57,134 nucleotides of DNA from Candidatus Woesearchaeota archaeon (GTDB taxonomy: Archaea; Nanobdellota; Nanobdellia; Parvarchaeales; Parvarchaeaceae). This document shows, in pieces, positions 8,897-17,059 of the stretch. The DNA lies in the NCBI GenBank assembly GCA_964641875.1, contig CAZXLU010000001.1, positions 1 to 57,134 of the forward strand, read 5' to 3'. A program made the position numbers and the translations under genes. The notes under the pieces were generated by a model, which searched no databases, was not told where the DNA came from, and saw nothing but the letters and a program-made list of their open reading frames with translations. Each line of letters opens with the position of its first letter. The first letter of the stretch is position 1.

Positions 8897-9406
8897 ATGG
8901 ATGTAGAACAATTCTTTTTCTTTGAGATATTGATAGGTATAGTTATAGCTTTAACCATGTTTTTCCTTTTTTATAATAACTACTCATCTATATTTCCAAT
9001 AGGTTGTGATTCATCCACTAACATATTACAAAATCAATTCACAAGCGCGGAATATGGTTATGCAAACAGGATGGAAGGAACTCCCTTATTTAGATGCTAT
9101 GATGTAAATGCATGTTTTAATGCAGCTACGGCACAACAAACTTGTATAAGACATTGGTGTTATTATTACCATTATGTTGATGGAAAGGGTAATCAACGAG
9201 CTGTGCAAAATTGTATAGCTGCACCCAACTCTACAATAACAAATGCATGCAGTGCGGTCTCCCCCACTAATACAGCGGATTTAGAAAGCTGTGCTGATAG
9301 CACTATTGTTGCTAATAATGCAACAGATATACAAAATTGTGCTATAAATGTGCCTTCATGCATATCTGGTGACGGGCCTTACTGTCCTCCGTGCGTTGGA
9401 CAATGA
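8897..9406 (+). CDS. N-terminally anchored cysteine-rich exported protein
   Basis: 169 aa. Hydrophobic N-terminus (FFFFEILIGIVIALTMFFLF). 12 Cys counted in the translation, plus sequons. Confidence 0.5.
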   Translation: MDVEQFFFFEILIGIVIALTMFFLFYNNYSSIFPIGCDSSTNILQNQFTSAEYGYANRMEGTPLFRCYDVNACFNAATAQQTCIRHWCYYYHYVDGKGNQRAVQNCIAAPNSTITNACSAVSPTNTADLESCADSTIVANNATDIQNCAINVPSCISGDGPYCPPCVGQ

Positions 9407-9407
9407 T

Positions 9408-9569
9408 ATGAACAAAAAAGCTAGTGTAGAATGGAGACTTATATGGATAATATTGATAATAATTACCGCTTTGGCTGCTATAGCTTTAATAGTCTTTTTA
9501 TTTTATGCAAGTTCCCACAGCACATCCCCTTTTTCCTATTTTGGTAATCTATTAGGAGGTGGCTCGTAA
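9408..9569 (+). CDS. Mini single-TM protein (53 aa), related to the 14562-15207 family
   Basis: I prefer the internal ATG at 9408, two nt after the upstream stop. MNKKASVEWRLIWIILIIITALAAIALIVFLFY... resembles MNKKGVESYILLIIITLIVL of the 14725-14865 gene at its N-terminus. Confidence 0.45.
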   Translation: MNKKASVEWRLIWIILIIITALAAIALIVFLFYASSHSTSPFSYFGNLLGGGS

Positions 9570-10459
9570 TGGAAGAGGGAATACTACTTACAATAGTATT
9601 TGTAATATTCGTTATAGTAGCTGGCATAATTCTTTCAGTTGTTTCATTCTCCATAATAACCTCATTTGGGACTTTGAATTTTGGTATAAGCTGTTTCACC
9701 GCATTTACACAATATAAAATAGTAAATTCTTTCCTCGCACCTTTTACATCAGTAACATCTCTGTTTGGTTTTTCCAATATAGTTGTAAGCCCAACGCAAT
9801 CTATACAGGTGGAAAGAGACTGTTTGCAAAGTGCAAATATAAATGAAAAATCAGTTTCTGGTTTTTCTTCTCAATTTTATACAGAGGCTTCATCATGTTT
9901 TAGCCTTTTCTCTGGAGGCAATGCAGCTGTTGGCTCTGAGATAATATCTCCAAAAAACATGAACCAGATGTTTAATTGCTATCAAGGATCAATAATAAAC
10001 CAAAACAAAAATATAAATTATTCATCAATAATAAGTTATATTGATAGCAACTATAATGGTAGTTACCCTTTACAGATTGTATTTATAACAAACGGGAGTA
10101 ATGGCAAAGCACAGTATGTCTCCCCAACAGACAGACTATTAAATAGCACTTATTTGATTTCATATTTTGGATATCCGAATTCTGGGACAAAAAACTGTGA
10201 AATAAGTTTTTCTGATCAATGTAAATATGTTTCAAAATACGATCAGCCAATAATAAATAATCCTGCAGTGTGCGATTATTCAAATGAGACCATAAACCAA
10301 ACTAAAGAAACTGTAAGCTCCCTAAGCAATGGTAACCCATCAAATAATATAATAAATGAAACTTCTGGCTGCAATTACTACGTTCCTCTATGTGGACAAT
10401 TAAGTAACTATATGATTTATAGCCAGAGCAGAGTTTTTGTATGTATACCACAAAGTTAA
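9569..10459 (+). CDS. N-terminally anchored cysteine-containing surface protein
   Basis: 296 aa. N-terminal TM, 10 Cys and many sequons. Shares the [ST]SC[FW]..[FY].G.N block and the C-terminal R.V[FI][VY].C ending with the next gene. Confidence 0.5.
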   Translation: MEEGILLTIVFVIFVIVAGIILSVVSFSIITSFGTLNFGISCFTAFTQYKIVNSFLAPFTSVTSLFGFSNIVVSPTQSIQVERDCLQSANINEKSVSGFSSQFYTEASSCFSLFSGGNAAVGSEIISPKNMNQMFNCYQGSIINQNKNINYSSIISYIDSNYNGSYPLQIVFITNGSNGKAQYVSPTDRLLNSTYLISYFGYPNSGTKNCEISFSDQCKYVSKYDQPIINNPAVCDYSNETINQTKETVSSLSNGNPSNNIINETSGCNYYVPLCGQLSNYMIYSQSRVFVCIPQS

Positions 10460-10499
10460 ATAAAAAACATTATTTATCTTAAAAATTACATAAAATTGA

Positions 10500-11975
10500 A
10501 TGGCAGAAACACCTGGAGAGAGTTTCATATTTATCGTATTAGCGGTGATATTCATAATAGTAATCATAGCAATAGCCGGTTATTTATTACTTGTTGGAGT
10601 AAACCTTTCAAATAGCGGAATATGTTATGTTAGCTCTGAATTTACAAATTTCTATTATAATGGTTTGTGCGTATCGAATTTCTTCTGTTTAAGCAGTACA
10701 CTTAAAGCTTTAGGAGTGGCCCCTCCACTTTTTGGATGTACAACTTCAACTAGCGCTTACGGACCAGGAGCTTCGCCATCCCAAGCATTTTCATCAATAT
10801 CCACTCAACTTACCTCCTGTTGGAATGAGTATGGTGCAAACCAAGGATTAACTGTATTGCCTGACGGCCCAGCAACATGCGGAGTAACAGATATAAACAT
10901 CAATCAAAATATAACGATAAATAACCTTACACAGTACTTAGAAAGCAACGCTTATACCACTGAAATAAGCTGTTTAAACCATACTGCAGCACAATCTTGT
11001 GCTGACCCACTCTCTTCATCAAATCCGAATGGATTTACTTGTGATTTAAATAACCCAAGCGTTTGCGAAGCCCCATCATCAAATTACTTTAAATGTAGCA
11101 GCACCTCTGGTTATTCATTCAGCAATGGATATTCAAAGACTTACATTAATTTAACAGGCAGCAAGCCACCGACTGCTGCATTAAATCTAACAAGTGACCT
11201 TTGCGAAGCTTCCCAAGGTTGCTCATTTAATACTACATTAGATACTTGTTCAACACCAAGTGGTAATACCGCAGTGTGTACAGATTTATATAAAAATTTC
11301 TGTAATGGAAATAATTGCACGGTTGGGTTCGATAAAACCACTAAATCTTACGAATCACCGCCAGCATGTACATTGACAGAGCCAGTAAAAAGTACATCGA
11401 TAATAAATGTTTCGTATGCAGATTATCTGAAACCAGGCGACAACCTCATATTTAGCTACAAAAACCTAAGTAATAGTAGCACTAGTGGATTTGTACCTCC
11501 AAACAGCAGCAAATCAATAAATAAGGCACAAATCTACATTGTTTATTTAAATTCCTTAGTTGGGACGAGATTTCCACCTCACAGTATAAGCCTGCCAAGC
11601 GTATGTGAACCTGCGACTTTCCTAAATAATTATCCTACGGCAGGAATTGAATATGAATGTAGCAGAGCTGTTGTATCGGCTATAGGAGCGAAATTAGTGT
11701 CCCCTACAAACCCAGGCATAATTGTAGGAACGGCTCTGGCTGGTTTTACTGGAGCGGAATGCTTAAATAATACCTTATGTAAGGAGGATATTGCTCCAAA
11801 TGCATTGGATTACACTGGAAAATTAGCTTACGCATCATTCCGTGCTACTGGTTTAGAACAGTGTGCACAGTCTCTTTTCTATTATTTTACTGCGTCATTG
11901 CCAAAGACAATTGGAATATCAAAACCTAACTTTTTAGGTAGAAATGTGATTTATGTATGTGCTGTAACAAAGTAA
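10500..11975 (+). CDS. N-terminally anchored cysteine-rich surface protein (paralogue of 9569-10459)
   Basis: 491 aa. N-terminal TM (FIFIVLAVIFIIVIIAIAGYLLL), 24 Cys counted and many NxS/T. Ends in RNVIYVCAVTK, compared with SRVFVCIPQS in the preceding gene. Confidence 0.55.
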   Translation: MAETPGESFIFIVLAVIFIIVIIAIAGYLLLVGVNLSNSGICYVSSEFTNFYYNGLCVSNFFCLSSTLKALGVAPPLFGCTTSTSAYGPGASPSQAFSSISTQLTSCWNEYGANQGLTVLPDGPATCGVTDININQNITINNLTQYLESNAYTTEISCLNHTAAQSCADPLSSSNPNGFTCDLNNPSVCEAPSSNYFKCSSTSGYSFSNGYSKTYINLTGSKPPTAALNLTSDLCEASQGCSFNTTLDTCSTPSGNTAVCTDLYKNFCNGNNCTVGFDKTTKSYESPPACTLTEPVKSTSIINVSYADYLKPGDNLIFSYKNLSNSSTSGFVPPNSSKSINKAQIYIVYLNSLVGTRFPPHSISLPSVCEPATFLNNYPTAGIEYECSRAVVSAIGAKLVSPTNPGIIVGTALAGFTGAECLNNTLCKEDIAPNALDYTGKLAYASFRATGLEQCAQSLFYYFTASLPKTIGISKPNFLGRNVIYVCAVTK

Positions 11976-12430
11976 AAGGAGCAAGTGGCATAGAGTATTT
12001 TATAGTTATAATCTTATTAATATCATTTTTGATAATAGGAGTTGTAATAGCCAGTTCAGTATTTCACTTTGCTATTTTTCCGGCGGGTAGGATATCATCA
12101 AGTAGCGGCTCGCCATTGCCATGCAGTATAAATGTAACTAATGTAAGCAACGCAAATAATCCAAATACCTTCAAAATAGAGGTATCTGATGGTAGTCTAG
12201 GATTAGTATATAAAATTTATATGAATAACGTTAATTCTAGCAATCCATCAAATATCAAGGCTGTTGGTAATTACACAGTTGGTATAAACTCTTTTTCAAA
12301 GTCTTTTCAAATAAAGAACCCTGGGATAAACACTATAATAATAGGAAATACTACTGGCAGCAATGTGAGCATAGACGGCGTTAAATACACGGCTGGAGGG
12401 CAATGCGAAAGTGAGATATACTCAACTTAA
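11957..12430 (+). CDS. Class III signal peptide (pilin-like) protein
   Basis: MCCNKVKGASGIEYFIVIILLISFLIIGVVIAS has KG/A cleavage, Glu at +5 followed by Tyr, then a hydrophobic helix. 157 aa. Overlaps the upstream gene by 19 nt. Confidence 0.6.
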   Translation: MCCNKVKGASGIEYFIVIILLISFLIIGVVIASSVFHFAIFPAGRISSSSGSPLPCSINVTNVSNANNPNTFKIEVSDGSLGLVYKIYMNNVNSSNPSNIKAVGNYTVGINSFSKSFQIKNPGINTIIIGNTTGSNVSIDGVKYTAGGQCESEIYST

Positions 12431-13953
12431 AAGAATGGATTTAATGTTCCATCTTGTGCTATAGTTTCTGGGTTATCTTTTATTTTTTTTATTATTCTCT
12501 TCATGCTTCTTTCCCTTTTCTTTGAAATCCAATAATAACCTTCATCATTTGTACCTTTTGTTATCAATATGAATATTTTCCCTGCAGAGAACCTGCCCAC
12601 CCTACCCCTTCTTTGTATGTTTCTTATTGCACTGGGTATTGTTTCATAGAATATAGCTAGATCAACGCCTTTTATTGACATTCCTTCTTCGCTAACACTT
12701 GTAGAAACGAGCACGTTATATGTGCCTTCTTCAAATTCTCTTATTATATTAACCTGTTCTTTCTGTGACAGGCCTCCCTTTCCTTGGCCTATAAATCTAA
12801 CAGGTTTAATATTATCTAAAGAGCTTATTTTAGAAAATATAACATCAACTGTATCTCTATACTGAGCAAATACTATTGCTTTTTTATCCTCTGAAAAATA
12901 TTCTTTGAGTATGTAAACCAGTTTATCAAGTTTTGGATGTTCTACCCCGTTTTTAAGAAGGTATTCTGCTCTTTCTTTTAAATAAATAAATTTGGGATCC
13001 GAAGAAAGTTCTTTATCTGTCTTTGCTTTACCTTTTTCTATTTTTAGTATAAAATTTAAAAATGCTAATAGGCTTTGGGTGGTAACTAAACTATATGCAT
13101 GGTAAAGCTTCATCAATTTTGAAGTAAGTATTATGCCCCTTATCAAGTAGAATGATCTTTTTCCACTTAACATCTGTTTTTGCAGATTTTTTTGCAGAAG
13201 CAATATTGTTACTTTATTAATTCTACTCTGTGGAACGTTTTTAAGTAACCCGGTATCCTGCAATTGATTTATTGTATCTTTTATCATTTGCTTTACCAAA
13301 TTAGAAAGATTTGTAAGTTCTATTGGCAAATCTATTATAACAGGCTCTATTTCTTTTTTCTTTATGTACCTTACAACGTCCTCGTCTTCATCAGATTTTA
13401 TCTCTACGTTTGTTATACCTAAATTAGAGCATATCTTTTTTATCTTTTCTCTCTCTGATGCGGGGGAAGCTGTCAATCCTAGTATCAATGGATGAGCACT
13501 TTTCTGCATGTATTCTCTAGCTATCTTTACATAAGAATAATTACCAATAGTGTGGTGAGCTTCATCTACGACTAAAAGACTAAAACTTGAGAAGTCTATC
13601 CTATCATTTTCCATATCGTTCTCAATAGTTTGTGGAGTTGCAAAAATTAGCTGATTTTCTTTATAAATAATTTCTCTTTCCTTACTAGAAACCGAACCGC
13701 TAGATACTTCCAATTTTATATCCATCAAATTCGAGAAAGTTTTCATGTGTTGGTTTATAAGTGGCTTTGTAGGTGCAAGAAAGAGAATCTTTGAATTTGG
13801 ATATTTTTCTAATCTATAATCTACGAGCATTGCGCTTATTATTGTCTTACCTAGGCCTGTGGGTAAAACAACCAAAGTATTGCCTGATTTACACTTTTCA
13901 AATATTGCCTTTTGATAATCTCTCTCTTCTATTTTTTCCTTGAACAGTGTCAT
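12427..13953 (-). CDS. hef: Hef/FANCM/Mph1-type SF2 helicase, helicase module only
   Basis: RDYQ...LVVLPTGLGKT (motif I), LLVVDEAHH (DEAH), LTASP (III), IQRRGRVGR (VI). At 508 aa there is no room for an ERCC4 nuclease domain. Confidence 0.7.
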   Translation of the reverse strand: MTLFKEKIEERDYQKAIFEKCKSGNTLVVLPTGLGKTIISAMLVDYRLEKYPNSKILFLAPTKPLINQHMKTFSNLMDIKLEVSSGSVSSKEREIIYKENQLIFATPQTIENDMENDRIDFSSFSLLVVDEAHHTIGNYSYVKIAREYMQKSAHPLILGLTASPASEREKIKKICSNLGITNVEIKSDEDEDVVRYIKKKEIEPVIIDLPIELTNLSNLVKQMIKDTINQLQDTGLLKNVPQSRINKVTILLLQKNLQKQMLSGKRSFYLIRGIILTSKLMKLYHAYSLVTTQSLLAFLNFILKIEKGKAKTDKELSSDPKFIYLKERAEYLLKNGVEHPKLDKLVYILKEYFSEDKKAIVFAQYRDTVDVIFSKISSLDNIKPVRFIGQGKGGLSQKEQVNIIREFEEGTYNVLVSTSVSEEGMSIKGVDLAIFYETIPSAIRNIQRRGRVGRFSAGKIFILITKGTNDEGYYWISKKRERSMKRIIKKIKDNPETIAQDGTLNPFF

Positions 13954-14529
13954 TTAGACTCTCTCTGCTTTTCCACTCTTTATAAGTATCTCTGCTACAT
14001 CTTTATCTATTTCTATAACGTTAGGGAAAGAAAAAGGGCCGTAGGATTTATCGTTTCTCCACACGAATTTTGGTATGTCTGAAATTATTTTTATCACTAA
14101 TTTTTCTCCATCATTATCTTCAGATTCAACTTTTTGAAGTTTCTTAGGTTCAATTGACTTAATCTCGGTTATTATTGCAGATTTATGCTCCTTCGAAAGC
14201 TTTAACAGATTTTCAAAAAGCACTATCTCTTTGGAGAACATGTTCATCTTTGCTTGCTCATTGTCTACATTCAAAATTGACATAGAAGCAATTTTCAACA
14301 TCCTCAGATTGATTATCTGTTCTAAAGTAGATATAGCATTTTTTATCTGTGTTGAAACTTCTTCAATTCGTCTTTCATCGCCGATTTTCTTGGCTTCTTC
14401 TAAAGAATTTTTATTTATTGCAATGTACTCTTTCATCTCATCAAGCATTTCATCAGTAAGCTTTGTTAGAGTTCTGCTATCATCTTGTTCCTGTCTTCTT
14501 ATCCTTAGAAATTCACTGTAAGTAATCAT
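13954..14529 (-). CDS. GINS subunit (Gins51/Gins15-like)
   Basis: The N-terminus YSEFLRIRRQEQDDSRTLTKLTDEMLDEMKEYI follows the archaeal Gins51 pattern. The C-terminal KSYGPFSFPNVIEIDKDVAEILIKSGKAERV resembles the Gins51 B-domain. Its stop directly abuts the hef start codon, with no spacer. Confidence 0.55.
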   Translation of the reverse strand: MITYSEFLRIRRQEQDDSRTLTKLTDEMLDEMKEYIAINKNSLEEAKKIGDERRIEEVSTQIKNAISTLEQIINLRMLKIASMSILNVDNEQAKMNMFSKEIVLFENLLKLSKEHKSAIITEIKSIEPKKLQKVESEDNDGEKLVIKIISDIPKFVWRNDKSYGPFSFPNVIEIDKDVAEILIKSGKAERV

Positions 14530-14561
14530 AATTTCTATTAGCTATCGAAAGTATAAAAATC

Positions 14562-14723
14562 TTAGTAAGCATTTTTAAAACCGGAAGTTATAGATGCACT
14601 TATACCTGAAAAGAAATTAGATATGTCTTTTGCCAGTGTAGACGGGCCTGCAAAGATGATATATACTAGTATCAGAGTTATCCCGAGTATTACAGCTATA
14701 ACATAAAACCATACTGATTCCAT
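14562..14723 (-). CDS. Mini single-TM protein s1 (53 aa)
   Basis: Not on ORF track. MESVWFYVIAVILGITLILVYIIFAGPSTLAKDISNFFSGISASITSGFKNAY. Its tail is paralogous to that of the 15034-15207 gene. Confidence 0.5.
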   Translation of the reverse strand: MESVWFYVIAVILGITLILVYIIFAGPSTLAKDISNFFSGISASITSGFKNAY

Positions 14724-14724
14724 A

Positions 14725-14865
14725 CTATACTTTTGGAACTGAAGGTATTAATTTATGCAAAGTTCCTGGAGAAAACAAAAACAAGTAAAAAATTATTATC
14801 AAGATTAAAACTATTAAAGTTATTATTATCAACAAAATATAGCTTTCAACTCCTTTTTTGTTCAT
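14725..14865 (-). CDS. Mini single-TM protein s2 (46 aa), class III-like N-terminus
   Basis: Not on ORF track. MNKKGVESYILLIIITLIVLILIIIFYLFLFSPGTLHKLIPSVPKV. One nt spacers on both sides. Confidence 0.5.
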   Translation of the reverse strand: MNKKGVESYILLIIITLIVLILIIIFYLFLFSPGTLHKLIPSVPKV

Positions 14866-14866
14866 A

Positions 14867-15037
14867 TTAAGTATAGCTGCTTACATTTAAATTGCTGGAT
14901 TTCGAAATAAAGGCCTTAAAAAGGTCAGTGAATTTATAAGGTGTGAAAAGCTCTAAAAATATTATGATTAAAAGGATGCCTATTACTATGAGTATTATAT
15001 ATAGAAAAACACCACTAACGACTCCTTTGCTTTTCAT
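14867..15037 (-). CDS. Mini single-TM protein s3 (56 aa), class III-like N-terminus
   Basis: Not on ORF track. MKSKGVVSGVFLYIILIVIGILLIIIFLELFTPYKFTDLFKAFISKSSNLNVSSYT. Its start overlaps the s4 stop (ATGA). Confidence 0.5.
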   Translation of the reverse strand: MKSKGVVSGVFLYIILIVIGILLIIIFLELFTPYKFTDLFKAFISKSSNLNVSSYT

Positions 15038-15207
15038 ATCCCTTTACCGTAAAGCCAACTGAATGAGAAAACACTAGTTATATCTTTACCTATTGTAGAT
15101 CCTGCTCCTGAGAATATCAAAGCTATCACTATGCCTGCGAAGAGGACTATTATTGCCAGTATAATAGCTATTATCTCTGTAATCGGCATTTGTCCTTTAA
15201 TATTCAT
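15034..15207 (-). CDS. Mini single-TM protein s4 (57 aa), class III signal-like
   Basis: Not on ORF track. MNIKGQMPITEIIAIILAIIVLFAGIVIALIFSGAGSTIGKDITSVFSFSWLYGKGI has a KG/Q motif. Its start lies 2 nt after the stop of the 577-aa gene. Confidence 0.55.
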   Translation of the reverse strand: MNIKGQMPITEIIAIILAIIVLFAGIVIALIFSGAGSTIGKDITSVFSFSWLYGKGI

Positions 15208-15209
15208 AT

Positions 15210-16943
15210 TCAAGGTATAGTTCTAGGCGGTTTCCAATTTAGCAAACCGACCCTCTTCTTTAGTTCATCATAAATGTACATGGCATCTTTATTTGATAGA
15301 AACAATCCAGTTTCTAAAGCTGCTTTAATGCTTGAACGATTAAAACGTCTTGCATTTACAAGCATCTCATAAATTTCTGCTTCTGATTCTCCAAATACCG
15401 TTTTATGCTTGCTTTCGCCCTGAGAAAAACCGGAAAATGCCTTTGATATCCCTACAAAATCATCTTTAAAAGAGCGATAGATATCACTTATAGCATAATT
15501 TTTTTGTTGTTTCTTTGGTTCTTTCTTTTTCTTTTCCTCAGCTTCAGCTTCTTTTACGTATTTATCCAAATCTTCCTTTATAATGCTAAGGGACCTAAAA
15601 ACTGCTTGGTCAACAGCAGCAAATACTGTTTTTTGTATCTTTGCTGCATTTGCTTCTCTGTATAGATAAAACTCGTCTGGTGTAAAACAATAAGGAAACA
15701 AATTAAAACTAAGAGTACCCTCATAAGGAGGTTGTATAGGATCTTTACTAGGCTTCTCCTTAAAGTCCATTTTTAGTTTAATAAGAGAATATACAACAGG
15801 CCCATACTTTTTAACCCTGTCATATATAAAAGACCTTCTGTTTTCTTCATGGCCCCTAGTAAGGAGATCTCCTGCTGCACTTTTAGGATAGACATTTACG
15901 GGTATCTCAGGTCCTTTATTGCCAAAGAGTTTTGTGTATTCAACATTGTACTCTCCAATGTATGTTTTTTTAAAGCCTATAGAAGTAACAGAGAAAAGTT
16001 CGTTCTCGAATATATCTGGTTTTGAAGCCGCCGACATGTATGCCTCGGCATTTTTAGCAGTATTTAAACCCATTCTAGAACGCATTGCAAGGTATGTTGA
16101 AGCCCAGTCTACATATAAGTCAAATGACCCCATTTGACTTTTGAGATACTGCAGAAGCATGCTTTTTCTATTTCTTAAATCCTTTTCATTTATCTCTTTC
16201 CATTTTTCGTATTCTATATAACGATTTTTTAATATATTTTTATACTGCTCATTTCTGTTTATTTGATTAACTTCTTTTAAGCTTTTTACTTGGTAGAACA
16301 CTGATACTATGTCTATAAAACCCGGACCGCCTTGGCTTTGAGTAGGAGAACGTGAAAGAGCAGACAAGCTTGCTCCACCCTTTCTAGCATCAACAATATC
16401 AAGAAAGATTCTCTTAAGTGCTAATTCTGCTGCTTCTGCTTTTTCTTTGTTATTCTCCTTAATTTCGTCATAAAAGTATATATTCCTATCTAGTTCTTTT
16501 AGCTCAATTGTTGTAGCGATTAAAGATTTGAGTACTGCATTTATGCTTCCAAGTAATTGTATAATCCTGTCTTCAAGATTTTTTTGTTTCTCAAAAACCA
16601 TATTCATTAAAGAAGAAAGGGCAGAAGGATCGACTGATTCTGCAATTTTAAGACTTCTATAACCCCTTTCAGAAAACATCTGCATTACCGAGAGATATTC
16701 CGGCTGAAAGTGATATCTTTTTACAATGTCTTTTGTAAAATGATAACCACCAGGATTTCCTACAAAACCGGGATCTATAAGCTCTTCTGAATTTTTGTAC
16801 CTAAAATCAATTTTTCCACTATAATGAGTTTCTGCGCTTGAGCCTATAAATTCTAATTCGCTGATATAACTGTTTATCTCTCCCAGATTCGATCCGCTGC
16901 CTCTGAAATTTTTTGCAATTCTCTTGACATCCTCTATGTTCAT
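15210..16943 (-). CDS. Orphan 577-aa soluble protein, first gene of the mini-protein operon
   Basis: Long clean ORF with no TM segment and no Walker A. It has a coiled-coil-like central region and a KE-rich patch (EAEEKKKKEPKKQQK). I recognise no family. Confidence 0.7.
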   Translation of the reverse strand: MNIEDVKRIAKNFRGSGSNLGEINSYISELEFIGSSAETHYSGKIDFRYKNSEELIDPGFVGNPGGYHFTKDIVKRYHFQPEYLSVMQMFSERGYRSLKIAESVDPSALSSLMNMVFEKQKNLEDRIIQLLGSINAVLKSLIATTIELKELDRNIYFYDEIKENNKEKAEAAELALKRIFLDIVDARKGGASLSALSRSPTQSQGGPGFIDIVSVFYQVKSLKEVNQINRNEQYKNILKNRYIEYEKWKEINEKDLRNRKSMLLQYLKSQMGSFDLYVDWASTYLAMRSRMGLNTAKNAEAYMSAASKPDIFENELFSVTSIGFKKTYIGEYNVEYTKLFGNKGPEIPVNVYPKSAAGDLLTRGHEENRRSFIYDRVKKYGPVVYSLIKLKMDFKEKPSKDPIQPPYEGTLSFNLFPYCFTPDEFYLYREANAAKIQKTVFAAVDQAVFRSLSIIKEDLDKYVKEAEAEEKKKKEPKKQQKNYAISDIYRSFKDDFVGISKAFSGFSQGESKHKTVFGESEAEIYEMLVNARRFNRSSIKAALETGLFLSNKDAMYIYDELKKRVGLLNWKPPRTIP

Positions 16944-17059
16944 AAGTTTTATAGATATGCTTTCAATTTAAATATTGTTAATGAAGTTTTTATGCACAAA
17001 TAGGAATTGCAAAGACTTATAAAGAATAATGTTCATAAATTGAACATAACGGAGGTTTT

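Noticed and set aside
7906-12430. Possible tRNA-targeted integrated element, because the surface-protein cluster begins right after tRNA-Thr
   Set aside because: I noticed no integrase, no repeat of the tRNA 3' end and no phage or plasmid genes. A core ribosomal gene (rpl15e) sits inside the region.
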